NCBI GenBank assembly: GCA_963667035.1
Contig: OY762964.1
Coordinates: forward strand, 3,038,114 to 3,102,113
Direction: 5' to 3'
Source of the DNA: Candidatus Cloacimonadales bacterium
GTDB lineage: Bacteria > Cloacimonadota > Cloacimonadia > Cloacimonadales > JAFGVF01
DNA length: 64,000 nucleotides
Each line of letters opens with the position of its first letter. Position 1 is the first letter of the stretch. The position numbers and the translations under genes are program-made. Of the stretch, positions 9,979 through 24,341 are shown piece by piece. Below the pieces are notes generated by a model. It made no database searches. It was not told the DNA's origin and saw only the letters and a program-made list of their open reading frames with translations.

Positions 9979-11154
9979 CTATTCCTTAAAATCAATAAGT
10001 TTAAATGTGAATCTGGTTCCAACTCCTGGGTTAGATGTTACTCTCAAGTCAGAGTTAAGTTGCTTCAACAATTTCCTACAGAATGCTAAACCAAGTCCAT
10101 AACCTCCGCTTTTGGTTGAGAAGAAAGGTTCGAAGGCTCTATTCATAACTTTTTCTGTCATCCCGATACCGTTATCGTTCCATCCGATAACAACTCCATC
10201 CGCAGTTGGGAGTATATCAATTTCTATTTTAGGATATATAGTTTCCTTCAAAGCGTTTATACTGTTTGATAGCAGGTTACTAAAAACTCTCATTAGAGCT
10301 GTTTCATTTCCTAATACGGGTCTTTTATCTGTAAGCTTATTCTCAATAGCAAAATCGATTTTTTTCTCTTTCATAAGGTTATCGTTAAGCCTAACTAATT
10401 TATTTAGTAGTTCCGATATATCTATACTTTCAATTTTACTGACAGTAGGATTAGTCATTTCAAGCATTTCGTGAGTAATCTGTCCTATCCTATCCACTTC
10501 ATCAATCAAGTCGTGTGTTAGCTGTAATTCAGTATCGTAAGTAAGTTTTTTTGCTATAAATTGAATACTACTACGAATGGAAGTCAGAGGATTTTTTATC
10601 TCATGTGCTAGGACAGAAACCATTTTTTCCATAATAAAGAGTCTGTTTCGTTCTTTTTCGTCATCGTGTATTTTGTTAAGTATTCTTATTCTTCTGGCAT
10701 TATCATAAGATAAGGAGCACAAGGTGAAGATGCTTTCCATTAAAGGAACAATCCTCTTGTATTTCTTTGTGTCATCCAGTTCTATAAATGCGATTGCAAG
10801 GAGATGGTTTAAGTTAATCAAAGGAAAGATATGACTGTATGAGAGCAGACCGACCCTATTCAATTCGACTTTAATATAATCCTTGATATTACCGTCTACC
10901 GGTAACACGGTTCGGTTTACTTTTAACCAATTTACCAGTTTGGAATCACAACTAAAGGAATAGTTCTCATTATCCTTAAGAGCTGTGAAATTGTCCATGT
11001 TCTCTACCAGAAAGACTATATTGCTAACAGACCAGAGTTCATTAATTTTTCCGGCAGTAACTTCGAGTATCATGTTCTCATCAGCTATATTGGAATATGC
11101 TCCGATGAATTCATTATAGATTTTCCCGAAATCGTCTCGATTTTTTCTTATCAA
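9979..11154 (-). CDS. Sensor histidine kinase, apparently cytoplasmic with a GAF-like N-terminus
   Basis: H-box LAHEIKNPL, N-box NLLSNSINA, DNGIG, FFSTK, GLGL; adjacent to the response regulator. Confidence 0.9.
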   Translation of the reverse strand: MIRKNRDDFGKIYNEFIGAYSNIADENMILEVTAGKINELWSVSNIVFLVENMDNFTALKDNENYSFSCDSKLVNWLKVNRTVLPVDGNIKDYIKVELNRVGLLSYSHIFPLINLNHLLAIAFIELDDTKKYKRIVPLMESIFTLCSLSYDNARRIRILNKIHDDEKERNRLFIMEKMVSVLAHEIKNPLTSIRSSIQFIAKKLTYDTELQLTHDLIDEVDRIGQITHEMLEMTNPTVSKIESIDISELLNKLVRLNDNLMKEKKIDFAIENKLTDKRPVLGNETALMRVFSNLLSNSINALKETIYPKIEIDILPTADGVVIGWNDNGIGMTEKVMNRAFEPFFSTKSGGYGLGLAFCRKLLKQLNSDLRVTSNPGVGTRFTFKLIDFKE

Positions 11155-11320
11155 GTTTTCTCCGTAAGTTTAGAAATTTTAAATTAGATTATACTCAATT
11201 CCACTAATGTCAACTTAAATCCAATTTACTTTGATACTCCTTAATGTGATTTGCTCACTTTTTAATTAAACCAACATTCGAATTCTGTTCTGTATGATTG
11301 TACTTTTACTGCTCCCTTAC

Positions 11321-11448
11321 AATACACGTGACTCACTCGGGAATCTCCCGGGAATCACTCGGGAATCACTCGGGAATCACTCGGGACTTTGCCTGAGAAA
11401 TTCCCGTGTTTGCCCTGACCAAATCCCGGAAAACTCCCGCGAGTTAAA
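11321..11448. repeat. 11-bp periodic palindromic element, copy 1
   Basis: AATACA + 5 x CGGGAATCACT-like units + central CGGGACTTTGCCTGAG + degenerate reverse-complement units; homologous to 34319-34413 and 49185-49303. Confidence 0.85.
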
Positions 11449-11477
11449 CAGTAGCACTAAGGGTGCTCAAAGATTGA

Positions 11478-11645
11478 AAACAATGTGAACCTCTTTTATG
11501 GAATCCTCTTGTAATCCTCCTGCCAAATCCATGATGTAAAAGGGAGGTTCCGGAGTTGGACGTGAGAAACTCAAGAGCGGATATGCCGCTTAATCCGAAC
11601 ACATATAGAACTAATCTTATCCATAAGTTAAAGTTCACATTGTTT
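11478..11645. mobile_element. Candidate MITE-like element / long inverted repeat (168 bp)
   Basis: Perfect 13-bp terminal inverted repeats AAACAATGTGAAC (11478-11490) and GTTCACATTGTTT (11633-11645), extended inward by TTATGGA/TCCATAA; no clear TSD. Confidence 0.45.
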
Positions 11646-11689
11646 ATGGAGAGATGAAGTCTTTTTGAAGAAATAATACTTATCACTTA

Positions 11690-12400
11690 CTAATCATTTC
11701 CTTGCATATAATCCAGATATATACGTTCAAGATTTTCGTATTCAAACTCTTTACGAGATAACTGCATAACCAGATTACCATCTTTCATGATCCCGATAGT
11801 ATCGGCTATCTCTTTAGCTTTAAATATGTTGTGAGTGGACATGAGGATTGTTCTGTTTTCATCTCTCATTTTAACTAACAATCTTTGAAAATCAAAAGCT
11901 GCTTTGGGATCAAGCCCTGAGAATGGCTCGTCCAGAATGATGAGATCAGCGTCCTTTGCCATTGCTATCGCAATACCGGTTTTCTGACACATGCCCTTTG
12001 AATAAGAGCTGACAGGCTTATGTATAAACATTTCTTGTAAACCGATATCTCTTAGAAGATGCTCCAACTCCTTTTTACTCATATCTTTTCCTGCTAACTC
12101 GGAAAAAAACTTAAGGTTTTCATAACCGGTAAACTGTTCGAATAAACGCACATTTTCAGATACATAGGCAATATGGTTTCTCGTTTTGAGAGGCTCTTTT
12201 AAAGCATCAATTCCATTGATAAAGATTTTGCCTGAAGTTGGCGGAATAAATCCACAGATTAAGTTTATTGTTGTAGATTTACCTGCACCGTTAGCACCTA
12301 GCAGGATATATAACTCTCCCTTTTGAATATCAAGAGAGATGTGATCAAGAGCAAGAGAGTCATCTTCGTATCTTTTAGTTAATTCATTTATTTTAAGCAT
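11690..12400 (-). CDS. ABC transporter ATP-binding protein
   Basis: Walker A GANGAGKST, signature YSKGM, Walker B IILDEP, H-loop STH. Confidence 0.93.
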   Translation of the reverse strand: MLKINELTKRYEDDSLALDHISLDIQKGELYILLGANGAGKSTTINLICGFIPPTSGKIFINGIDALKEPLKTRNHIAYVSENVRLFEQFTGYENLKFFSELAGKDMSKKELEHLLRDIGLQEMFIHKPVSSYSKGMCQKTGIAIAMAKDADLIILDEPFSGLDPKAAFDFQRLLVKMRDENRTILMSTHNIFKAKEIADTIGIMKDGNLVMQLSRKEFEYENLERIYLDYMQGND

Positions 12401-12409
12401 GTCGTTCTC

Positions 12410-13819
12410 CTATCTGACATCATACTTTTGCATTTGAATACTTACCCAGATGAAGCCGAGTAGATTTATTAGTAGTATTATTGATAATAATGGAGTGATT
12501 GTTAGTAGTCTTTCAGTTAAACTGATAGGTGGAAATGAAGTAAGAATGACGTGTTGTTTGTCTGTATATGGCTGACTAGAAAAAGGCTGATTATTATTAC
12601 CATCTTGTGAAGCCCATGAATACCACAGATGCAAACTGTTTTCATCATTAGAATCTATCTCCTTTAAAATGTTTTCTACATGATTACGATGTTCCGAAAA
12701 AGCATTCATCTCTCTATTCAATCTTAAAAGACCTTGTAAAACTATGTTTTGATACATTTTGCTTAACTGGGAATAGGGAGAGAGGAATGAAAGTTTCTCT
12801 AATTTCTCCAATTGAGAGATATATTGCTTGTTCGTATCTTTGATAACTTCAGCTATTTTCTCATCTGAAGCTTGAACTGCTCCGCTTCTGTAGCCTTCCC
12901 CCAAGTAACTGTTGCCCGATACCTTGTTTGTCATGGTTGCATTATCGTCATACTTATCCGACCATATCTGGAATTCTTCACTCCAAGCTTGATCCTTAAG
13001 ATTAGTAACCTCAATGAAAGAAGGAATGGGATTAGTTTTCTTCCCGAAAATCCAAGTTAGATTCGGTATTATAATAATAAAGAGTAACCATAATGATAGT
13101 GCTATTATAATACCGCTTCTTTCGTTCTTCAAAAGAGATATTCCCAAACCGGCTAAGACAAAGAAACTGATATAAATAAGACTGATAATATATATAATAA
13201 AGGATATTCCGATATATGCAGGATCAGTAGACTCACCCATCAATACTCTTGTTAGCAAAGAAAGCAGTATACCTAAAAGAAATGTAACAGCAAAGAGAAT
13301 CAGATTGGCTAGATATTTACTAAAGAGTAGATGTTTTCTACCCATTCCGGTGATGAGTTTTAGCTTTAATGTACCTTGCCTCTTTTCAAGTGAGATGTTA
13401 TCATAACTGAAAACCAAAGCACAAAAACTGCCTATCATTCCTATTATAAATAACCAGTTCAATTGGAAATAGCTTTTGCCGTGTTTGAGAAGACTATAAG
13501 GGGTGATAGCGTCTACAACAGTAGTAGTAGTAAGCCTGTCCGGTAAACCTCTTTTGTCAACAATCATATTATATTCAGAAGGTTTCTGTATGTAATGTAA
13601 ACTATTGCATAGTAGCCTGTCTGCATGCTCTAGGATAGGAGCATAGTTGTCCATCTGAGTCTGGTAATCTCTTTGAAAGTCCGCATTTAACTTTCGATTT
13701 GATAAGGAGGATGATATTGCACTAAGAATGAAAAGTAGTAAGATTATAATGGTAAACACTTTTATCTTGTAATCTCTACTCATCAGCTTTAAATTGGTAA
13801 TTAACTCAAGTTTATCCAT
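12410..13819 (-). CDS. ABC-2 type permease subunit
   Basis: Multiple TMs; YDNISLEKRQGTLKL motif; large extracytoplasmic loops. Confidence 0.85.
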   Translation of the reverse strand: MDKLELITNLKLMSRDYKIKVFTIIILLLFILSAISSSLSNRKLNADFQRDYQTQMDNYAPILEHADRLLCNSLHYIQKPSEYNMIVDKRGLPDRLTTTTVVDAITPYSLLKHGKSYFQLNWLFIIGMIGSFCALVFSYDNISLEKRQGTLKLKLITGMGRKHLLFSKYLANLILFAVTFLLGILLSLLTRVLMGESTDPAYIGISFIIYIISLIYISFFVLAGLGISLLKNERSGIIIALSLWLLFIIIIPNLTWIFGKKTNPIPSFIEVTNLKDQAWSEEFQIWSDKYDDNATMTNKVSGNSYLGEGYRSGAVQASDEKIAEVIKDTNKQYISQLEKLEKLSFLSPYSQLSKMYQNIVLQGLLRLNREMNAFSEHRNHVENILKEIDSNDENSLHLWYSWASQDGNNNQPFSSQPYTDKQHVILTSFPPISLTERLLTITPLLSIILLINLLGFIWVSIQMQKYDVR

Positions 13820-13827
13820 AAGACCTA

Positions 13828-15462
13828 CTATCTTAAATCGAATTTTCTAAAGATTCTCTCATTAATAAAGAATAAGAGTAGTGATAGAACACCGAGAATA
13901 ACAACATTAATCCAGATTCGGGAGAGTATGACTAATGGATTAAGCCTTCTCTGAACAAAATGAGGAAGATTTTCAGTGTTAATGTGATTTTTTTTAGCTT
14001 CATTCATATCCCTAACAATTTTTGCATAATAGTCTTCTCTTAGCCAATTAAGCTTCTCCGGAGTTCTGTCCTGTATTTCAGAAACAGTCCTTTCATTCCA
14101 TTTTGCAACACCTAACAAACGCTTTCCCTTAGCCTTAACCTCAGGTAGATAACAGTACTCTGTTATTCCTATGATAGTAAATGAAGTGTCTTGAGAACAG
14201 AAATACTCTTTTGTAAAGAGCCACCCGTCTTTCTCTCCTAATGTGATTAGATTATTTCTTAAATCAACAGCATCTTGAAGAAATCTGATATAATCAGGAA
14301 CAGAGTTCATTGCCGTAAGATTAGCAGCATACTTAAACTGCTCTGCAGGAGAAAACCAAAGTAAATAGGGCTGATAGTTTTGGGATTCATTATCCAGTCT
14401 TAACTGTCGCTCTCTTATTTGCTCTCTTTCCTGTATCAAAGGATAGATGTTCTCATGAAAGTATTTGTTAAACCTCAAATGGACATCATAAGTCTCTTTA
14501 ACACCAATAACTGCAACATCCTTTTCAAAACCCATGTTCCAAGCCATATGACCGCATTGCTCAGGATTTATTTCACTTGGTAGGTCATCTTTAAAATATG
14601 TCTGAGTTCTTAAAAGAGAAGCAAACTTCTCGTTCAATTGTGTGCTGGTTTTTGCATTGTCAAAAATGAATTCTGAAGCAAAATCATATAGTGTCGGAGT
14701 TATAATCATTAATATTATCCAGATACTAAGAGAATAAATCAATGAACGTGCGGGATTCTTTGTCACTATGGATGTCATTATTCCCAATAATGCAATCACA
14801 AATAGGAATAGCATTGTGAGTAAACCATATATAATCATAAACCAGATGAAACCCGAGTCTATTTCCGATGTGTAAGCAATTATTAGGTAAATTGCACTCA
14901 ATATATAAGGAACTAGGAATACAATTCCAATAAATAGAAGACTTCCAAGCATCTTTTTCAATATATACTGGCTACGTTTTACCGGATAAGTGAATATAAT
15001 TCTTAATATGCTCTCGTTCTTTTCTCTGTTAATACTGTCAAACGTAATTAGTAATACGAAAAGAGAGAAGAAGAATGTTATCAGAAATGAAATATCAAGA
15101 TTACTGGGCTCTTTAAAAAAGGGATTAGATACTTGGCTCAAGTCGGTAGCGTTTCTGACATAGGTCAAAGGCTCAACTGTTATCACACTTCCTCTTTTGT
15201 GAGTCTCTCCTTCGTTGAAAATAGAGTAAAGAGTTGGTTTGTTAACTGCAGGTAGATTAATCATACTATAATTGAAAGCATTATCAAGATCATATATACT
15301 ACTCGAAATGTCTTCAATATAAGCTTGTACTCGTTTGTTATAATCATCTACTCTTACAATAAATACGGTTGTGTATAGAATGAGGAAGATGACAATAGAC
15401 CAAATTACTTTCCTTGATTTGATAAGAGCTTTGATTTCCTGCCTTAGTAGTATTCCTGTCAT
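13828..15462 (-). CDS. ABC-2 type permease subunit, paralog of 12410-13819
   Basis: FDSINREKNESILR motif; similar topology; ends KFDLR versus KYDVR. Confidence 0.85.
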   Translation of the reverse strand: MTGILLRQEIKALIKSRKVIWSIVIFLILYTTVFIVRVDDYNKRVQAYIEDISSSIYDLDNAFNYSMINLPAVNKPTLYSIFNEGETHKRGSVITVEPLTYVRNATDLSQVSNPFFKEPSNLDISFLITFFFSLFVLLITFDSINREKNESILRIIFTYPVKRSQYILKKMLGSLLFIGIVFLVPYILSAIYLIIAYTSEIDSGFIWFMIIYGLLTMLFLFVIALLGIMTSIVTKNPARSLIYSLSIWIILMIITPTLYDFASEFIFDNAKTSTQLNEKFASLLRTQTYFKDDLPSEINPEQCGHMAWNMGFEKDVAVIGVKETYDVHLRFNKYFHENIYPLIQEREQIRERQLRLDNESQNYQPYLLWFSPAEQFKYAANLTAMNSVPDYIRFLQDAVDLRNNLITLGEKDGWLFTKEYFCSQDTSFTIIGITEYCYLPEVKAKGKRLLGVAKWNERTVSEIQDRTPEKLNWLREDYYAKIVRDMNEAKKNHINTENLPHFVQRRLNPLVILSRIWINVVILGVLSLLLFFINERIFRKFDLR

Positions 15463-15472
15463 AGTAGCTCCC

Positions 15473-16897
15473 TTAGCTTTTTGATAATTTAGTTACGCTA
15501 TATATTACACCAGTGATTATCAGAACAACTGCCAATACTAACAATAGAGTCATCCATGGGTTTGCTCTTTTGGAGACCTCCACTCTTAACTCTTTGTTAG
15601 TTGTACTGATTGCTCTGCTCATGTTCTGACCTTTAGCCGAGAGGGTGACTTGGTAGAGTCCTTTTAATACTCTCTTGTCAGGAATGACTTTAAGTCTAAG
15701 ACTTTGCTCTTTACCGGCTTCTAAAAAAGTGATTTTTTCAGGTATAAGCTTAGTCTCCCATCCTGATGGTAGACTTAAATCAAGACTAATATTCCTAATC
15801 GAGACTTGTCCTGAGTTTTTAAGTTTTATCGGGTATATCTCTAAAGTGTCTTTCTGACTGACAGAGAAATACATATTGTCTAATGATAACTCAAGTAGAG
15901 TTCTTCCCGATGGAGTTAACTCAAGTGGTAATTCACTAATCACTTGGTTGCTCTCATCGGTGATAATTGTCTTGAAGTTTATTGTTTTACCTATTTCAAT
16001 AGTCTCATCAGGTTTTTCCGGAATGATAATGCTAAGTTGATACTGCTGAGAAGGAGTTAGATTGGAAAAGACAGCGGATGAAATACTAGCTCCGTTAGTT
16101 GGGTTAATGAAATGACCCTCAATTCCTTTCGGTAATCCCTCTACTTTGAAGAGGCATTTCATCCTTCTTTCTCCATAATATTCAAGAGAAATGTTGTAGG
16201 AAGCTTTGAATCCAAATTCAACTTCCTGAGAGTACATGTTAGGGGTAAGATTTATCACATTCTCTGTGCCTCTTCTTTTAAGCCAAATCCTCTTTGTATC
16301 ATATTTATCTCCATAATTAGCCGAAACTGTTACCGCTTCGTCGTCTTTAAGAAGTTGAAATGTTATCTTTGTTGTTTTATTACTGGCAAGTTCACTAATA
16401 TGTTGTTCATAAGGTTGTGATATAATGTTCCCACTATCATCAGATAAAGATATATATACGTCATGGATTGAGTTAAGAGATAGCCCCTTCAACTCTGCAG
16501 AGTCAATAATCTCTTTCTCCATTTCAATATTGCTATCAGTAGAGTTGCGGAGCTCCATATCGACAAATGTTTCTCCCCTCTCATTCTGGTACTTCTCCGC
16601 TTTAAGTATTGAGAGGTGCGGTTTATCAAACACTACACTTAAAAGGTATTGTTGGAAGTTAAGCTTATCGTTGTTGTATTGGAGCTTTACATCTTCAAAC
16701 TCCCTTTCACTGATTAGACCTTTCTCAAACAATTCTTTATAATTTTTATAGTCACTTTCGGAAACCGTTAGTCTTTCCTGTGCTTTCTTTAAAGCTAGAA
16801 TCTTAAATCTATCGTCGTTGGGATTATACTCCTGATAAGTAAGCCCCGATAGGATTGAACATATTCCTAATATAATAAACAAAGTTATCCGTTTCAT
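15473..16897 (-). CDS. NEW3-domain (Ig-like) membrane-anchored protein, first gene of the ABC operon
   Basis: Signal peptide, coiled-coil hairpin, KNSG...LSLPSGW...LEAG...GLYQVTL NEW3-type Ig domain, C-terminal TM. Confidence 0.75.
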   Translation of the reverse strand: MKRITLFIILGICSILSGLTYQEYNPNDDRFKILALKKAQERLTVSESDYKNYKELFEKGLISEREFEDVKLQYNNDKLNFQQYLLSVVFDKPHLSILKAEKYQNERGETFVDMELRNSTDSNIEMEKEIIDSAELKGLSLNSIHDVYISLSDDSGNIISQPYEQHISELASNKTTKITFQLLKDDEAVTVSANYGDKYDTKRIWLKRRGTENVINLTPNMYSQEVEFGFKASYNISLEYYGERRMKCLFKVEGLPKGIEGHFINPTNGASISSAVFSNLTPSQQYQLSIIIPEKPDETIEIGKTINFKTIITDESNQVISELPLELTPSGRTLLELSLDNMYFSVSQKDTLEIYPIKLKNSGQVSIRNISLDLSLPSGWETKLIPEKITFLEAGKEQSLRLKVIPDKRVLKGLYQVTLSAKGQNMSRAISTTNKELRVEVSKRANPWMTLLLVLAVVLIITGVIYSVTKLSKS

Positions 16898-16920
16898 TTA
16901 AACCTCTATATTAATGAATA

Positions 16921-16935
16921 GCAATTGCTGTTCCA
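16921..16935 (-). promoter_or_regulatory. Sigma54 (-24/-12) promoter of the NEW3-ABC operon
   Basis: Minus strand reads TGGAACAGCAATTGC (GG-N10-GC, consensus TGGCAC-N5-TTGC), 23 bp upstream of the ATG. Confidence 0.8.
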
Positions 16936-16989
16936 AATTGTAATATGCTAATTTATAGTGAGTTGAGTGAAAAAGAAGTTCTGGTGCTT

Positions 16990-17024
16990 TGACAATTTTG
17001 TAAGATAATATACAAGATTGTATA
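16990..17024. promoter_or_regulatory. Tandem palindromic upstream activator sites (candidate bEBP enhancer)
   Basis: TGACAATTTTGTAA (16990-17003) and ATACAAGATTGTAT (17010-17023), 20 bp apart, upstream of the sigma54 promoter. Confidence 0.6.
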
Positions 17025-17092
17025 ATTTATATTGGGAAATAGCTTGTAAGAATGAATTGATAGATATTTGAGATGAGATAAAGATTGAAATG

Positions 17093-17119
17093 AAAAAGCT
17101 ATGGAATAAACCATAGCTT
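17093..17119 (-). terminator. Terminator after the acyl-CoA ligase
   Basis: AAGCTATGG/CCATAGCTT stem followed by a T run on the minus strand. Confidence 0.7.
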
Positions 17120-17144
17120 AGAAAAATAAATAATCTATAAGTTT

Positions 17145-18785
17145 TTATTGATACAAATACCTCTTAATCTTTTGAGTCGGAGTCTTTTGGAATGGCTCTG
17201 TGACTAGCCTAAACTCAAGTATCTTTGAATATGCAGGCAATTGGGCGTTAACCTGCTTTCTGTCTTGCTCAATTAACTCAAGCATCTTTTCTTCTGTTAG
17301 CTTAAGCTTGTCAATCTCTTCCATATCTATATATATCATGGCAATTATTTTGCCACTTTTCTCAACGACGAGAGATTCTTGTATACAACTCATATTGTTT
17401 ATCATGAATTCAAGTTCCTCCGGATAGATATTTTCACCGGCAGGACCAAGAATCATTGACTTACTCCTACCTTTAATAAAAATAAAGTCCTCACTGTCTA
17501 TGATTCCAATATCTCCTGACCTCATCCAACCATCTTTAGTGAAAACCGAATCAGATGCTTCTTTGTTTTTATAGTATCCCATCATAACCTGTTCACCTTT
17601 GATAAGAATCTCGCCCGGAGTATTTGCCGGATCAGGTGAATCAATCTTTACATGTAAGAAATCTACTTCTCTACCAACACTGCCAATCTTTCTTTCATAC
17701 CACCTCTCATAAGATATTAAGGGAGCACATTCAGACATGCCATAGCCAATTGTAACAGGGAATCCTATTCTTCGTAAGAATATTTCCACTTCATGATTCA
17801 TTGGAGCTCCACCTACTATCATTTCATCAAGCTTACCCCCAAAGGTATCCATTAGCTTATCTTTTATTTTTCTATACACAAGCTTATTAACCCCTGGTAT
17901 GCTTAGCAACAGTTTCATCTTAGGCTCACTTAAAGTAGGTTTTAACTTCTTATGATAGATTTTTTCCAGAATTAGAGGAACTGCTTCTATAACATAGGGT
18001 TTTACTTCTGCTAATGCTCTTAACAGTAATTTAGGGGAAGGGATTTTAGACATAAAGTAAATGTGATTACATCTTATAAAGGGATATAAAAAATCGAAGG
18101 ATGCTCCATAGGCATGAGCACTTGGGAGGAATGCTAGGATAGAGTTTCCTTTAGGAAAAGCAAATTTGTCATTAGCATATATCATGTTAGCCATGATGTT
18201 ATTGTAAGATAGCATTACACCTTTTGAAAATCCGGTTGTTCCTGAAGTATATAGTATTACCATGAGTTCTGAATTATCTGTTTGCTCAGGAAGTTCATAA
18301 CTCTCAGGAGTTAAATCAGTAATGGAATCATTTAATTTGAGGAAAAACTTGGACTCTGCTCCCTTTTGAGAATATAGAATCTCTAGAGATTGTAAGGATA
18401 TAACAATTTTAACACGAGGAAGAGCTTCTTCATTTAACTCATCGAAAATGTCATTATCTACGAATAGTATTTCACTATCCGAGTGATTAATAATGTGTTG
18501 GATATCTTTACTATGAAAATTTGGAAGAATTGGAACTATTACTCTGTTGTTCAAAACAGCTCCAAGATATGTTAAAGCCCAATTTGAACAGTTTTTTCCA
18601 CAGACTGAGACTTTAGATCTCTCATCAATATTTAAAAATTGTAATAGTTTGCCCATCGCTATACTATATCTTGCGACATCTTTGTAATAATATGTAGTTG
18701 AAAATCCGTAATCGGAAAAAACGGGCTCATTCCAATATTGGATAATAGTGCTGTGATAATAAGGGATGAATACTTCTTTAATCAT
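17145..18785 (-). CDS. fadD: Long-chain fatty acid-CoA ligase (AMP-binding)
   Basis: YTSGTTGFSKG, GYGMSE, GWMRSGDIG, KGRSK, ENIYPEE motifs. Confidence 0.88.
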   Translation of the reverse strand: MIKEVFIPYYHSTIIQYWNEPVFSDYGFSTTYYYKDVARYSIAMGKLLQFLNIDERSKVSVCGKNCSNWALTYLGAVLNNRVIVPILPNFHSKDIQHIINHSDSEILFVDNDIFDELNEEALPRVKIVISLQSLEILYSQKGAESKFFLKLNDSITDLTPESYELPEQTDNSELMVILYTSGTTGFSKGVMLSYNNIMANMIYANDKFAFPKGNSILAFLPSAHAYGASFDFLYPFIRCNHIYFMSKIPSPKLLLRALAEVKPYVIEAVPLILEKIYHKKLKPTLSEPKMKLLLSIPGVNKLVYRKIKDKLMDTFGGKLDEMIVGGAPMNHEVEIFLRRIGFPVTIGYGMSECAPLISYERWYERKIGSVGREVDFLHVKIDSPDPANTPGEILIKGEQVMMGYYKNKEASDSVFTKDGWMRSGDIGIIDSEDFIFIKGRSKSMILGPAGENIYPEELEFMINNMSCIQESLVVEKSGKIIAMIYIDMEEIDKLKLTEEKMLELIEQDRKQVNAQLPAYSKILEFRLVTEPFQKTPTQKIKRYLYQ

Positions 18786-19127
18786 GAATTAACCTCATTT
18801 TTATCATTCAATTAGACTTTTATAAATATATATTATCTCTGTCAAACTTTTAATGTTTTTTATGAATTTCAAGCTAATATTGTCCAAAAAATAGAGCGGC
18901 TTCTTCTTCTCAATGAATATACTGGATAAAGGTAAGATTGAATAACCTGTATTTCATGGAGATATATAAGTAAAAAAGTGGAATTGTGAAATTTAAAGAG
19001 ACAAATATGCTTGGATTGCATGCAAACTATCAAGTTGCTACAAAATTATTTTGCGTTATATTTTAATGTAAAACAGTAAGTTAAAAGTGTGCATACATCT
19101 AATTAATCAGAATGCAACACTTTTTTA

Positions 19128-19213
19128 TTGACTCTAAAAGGGGTCTCATTAGGTTGTCGAAACACTTGTGAAACGGATGCGGAAACGCGGAAGTTAGACA
19201 GGTTGATCTTTAA
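19128..19213 (+). promoter_or_regulatory. rrn promoter candidate and boxA-like antiterminator
   Basis: TTGACT at 19128 with a weak -10 near 19150; TGATCTTTAA at 19204-19213 resembles boxA. Confidence 0.5.
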
Positions 19214-19259
19214 GAAGTCAGAAATAGTGAGTGAATAATAAGCCAACAAGTCAATTATG

Positions 19260-20805
<1,546 letters not shown>

Positions 20806-20908
20806 TAAAGGTGTATAAAGCGATGAATCTTTTAATCAGATTCCATTGCAATAATTAATGTTCGGTAAGTTGTTCACTCACTTTTATAAATTTTAAGCAA
20901 AATATAGT

Positions 20909-20985
<77 letters not shown>

Positions 20986-20991
20986 GCATTT

Positions 20992-21067
20992 GGGGGTTTA
21001 GCTCAGCTGGGAGAGCACCTGCTTTGCAAGCAGGCGGTCAACGGTTCGATCCCGTTAACCTCCACCA
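20992..21067 (+). tRNA. tRNA-Ala (TGC)
   Basis: Cloverleaf, anticodon loop TTTGCAA, G3:U70 pair, encoded CCA; 6 nt after tRNA-Ile. Confidence 0.97.
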
Positions 21068-21122
21068 TATTTTTAGATCTAACAAAGTGAAATACGTGGG
21101 ATAGAGTGTATAGAGGATATTC

Positions 21123-23998
<2,876 letters not shown>

Positions 23999-24048
23999 AA
24001 CTTTATATACTCTATCCCAGCAAATATAGTCGCAAAGCAGCGGCTGAA

Positions 24049-24164
24049 GATGGTGGCAATTGCGGTGATGATACACCTGTACCCATTCCGAACACAGCAG
24101 TTAAGCTCACCAGCGTCGATGGTACTGCATTGGCAACGATGTGGGAGAGTAGATCGCCGCCATC
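24049..24164 (+). rRNA. rrf: 5S rRNA
   Basis: CACCTGTACCCATTCCGAACACAGCAGTTAAG...GATGGTACT...GGGAGAGTAG conserved core; helix I GATGGTGGC/GCCGCCATC. Confidence 0.95.
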
Positions 24165-24219
24165 TTCAGCCGCTGTTGACTTTTAAAGACAAAGTCAATG
24201 ACATTTATTTTTTTATAAC

Positions 24220-24250
24220 AAAAAAGGGAACCGAAAAGGTTCCCTTTTTT
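24220..24250 (+). terminator. rrn operon terminator
   Basis: AAAAAAGGGAACC-GAAAA-GGTTCCCTTTTTT. Confidence 0.9.
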
Positions 24251-24341
24251 ACTTTTGAAAATAAAGCATAAAAAATAAGCTAGATATTGACATATAAATA
24301 GGATTGTTCCTTATATGCCTAATTGTATTAGGAGGTATTTT

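Noticed and set aside
11321..11448. CRISPR array interpretation of the CGGGAATCACT repeats
   Set aside because: Units are 11 bp and contiguous with no unique spacers, and there are no cas genes in the window.
11294..11686. ORFs 11294-11488 (+) and 11444-11686 (-)
   Set aside because: They run through the repeat and inverted-repeat elements, lack an SD and show no protein-like features.
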